This document shows positions 63,422 to 64,000 of a DNA stretch of 64,000 nucleotides, one piece after another. The notes under the pieces are model-generated. The model was not told where the DNA came from. It ran no database searches and was given only the letters and a program-made list of their open reading frames with translations. How positions within the stretch are numbered: position 1 is the first letter of the stretch; every line of letters begins with the position of its first letter. Made by a program: the position numbers and the translations under genes. Source of the stretch: Candidatus Xenobia bacterium (lineage in GTDB: Bacteria; Vulcanimicrobiota; Xenobia; Xenobiales; QWHO01); assembly GCA_045863235.1 (NCBI GenBank), contig BTUM01000017.1, forward strand, positions 32,001 through 96,000, in the 5' to 3' direction.

Positions 63422-64000
63422 TCAGAAGGATCCGTTGAGGCGAAAGAAAGGCTGGGTGCGCGAGTAACCGGCGGCGGGGGCGGAGCGGTCCTCATAGGAG
63501 ACGCCCACCCAGGCCCAGATGTCCTCTCCGAAGCGATGGCTGTATTGAGCCGTCAGGGTGGTGTAGGTCTCGCTCACGGCCCGGTCCGGATAGTCGTCGG
63601 TGCCCACCCAGGCCGACAGGTCGATCTGGTCGCGGTGGGTCAAGGCTACCCGGCCTTCCACCCCACCCTGGAGGAAGTTGCGGTCGAACTGGTTGCTGGC
63701 GCTGGAGCGTCCGCCCTGGAGATGCACCTGAAAGCCGGGGTCACGCTGGCCGTCGAGGGTCCCTCCAGATAGGGCAAAGCCGAAGGTATCCCCCGAGAGG
63801 CCGGGGTCGGGCACGAAGGAGTCCCCCTGGTAGAACAGGTGGCCACCGACGTTCCAGTCCTCGGCCGGCATGGCCACGGCGTGGAGGTCGAGTCCGACGT
63901 GCTGCACATCCTGCAAGAATGCGTTGGAAAACTGCGGTGCGGTGGAGAAACTGAACAGCGGCGGGGTACCGGACTTACCCCAGGGCCCCAGTTCGAGAAA
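63422..64000 (-). CDS. Outer-membrane beta-barrel protein, C-terminal part (partial)
   Basis: Alternating amphipathic strands; ends PFFRLNGSF with terminal Phe; frame stays open to the window edge. Confidence 0.7.
   Translation of the reverse strand, partial: FLELGPWGKSGTPPLFSFSTAPQFSNAFLQDVQHVGLDLHAVAMPAEDWNVGGHLFYQGDSFVPDPGLSGDTFGFALSGGTLDGQRDPGFQVHLQGGRSSASNQFDRNFLQGGVEGRVALTHRDQIDLSAWVGTDDYPDRAVSETYTTLTAQYSHRFGEDIWAWVGVSYEDRSAPAAGYSRTQPFFRLNGSF

Overview
A high-GC bacterial chromosomal window with no rRNA, tRNA, CRISPR array, transposase or integrase that I could recognise. The rpsF-ssb-rplI-lonC-dnaB synteny is Terrabacteria-like, and outer-membrane beta-barrel genes are present; together these suggest a diderm terrabacterium such as Ca. 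Eremiobacterota/Xenobia (inference only). Recognisable content: DUF47-PiT phosphate transport; a two-gene pfaD-pfaA PUFA-synthase-like PKS with no pfaB/C partner in the window; a DUF58-transglutaminase-MoxR-TPR operon; three SPFH genes around a TPR lipoprotein; ygeY, xth, a radical SAM enzyme, NYN protein, glutaminyl cyclase, mobB, an L,D-transpeptidase, an SGNH hydrolase, clostripain, a GATase, USP and a clan GH-A lipoprotein. The most interesting signals: (1) about seven signal-peptide-less, effector-like genes at 41.2-56.3 kb (two glycine-zipper acyltransferases, a glycine-zipper membrane protein, clostripain, a beta-propeller, a harpin-like protein and others) whose upstream regions share an 11-bp-phased TTTCAG-N5-TTT(C/A)AG direct-repeat box, suggesting an undescribed co-regulated secretome; (2) several families of short structured intergenic repeats, one orientation-constrained and one overlapping stop codons; (3) a type IV pilin-leader/CreD-like/zinc-ribbon fusion protein; (4) an apparently degenerate TopoVI-A/JetD-like TOPRIM orphan; (5) an RGPP-ended candidate arrest peptide; (6) an rpsF operon that keeps its S6:S18 leader but lacks rpsR and has long structured spacers. 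All alignments and counts were done by eye; no database searches were run.
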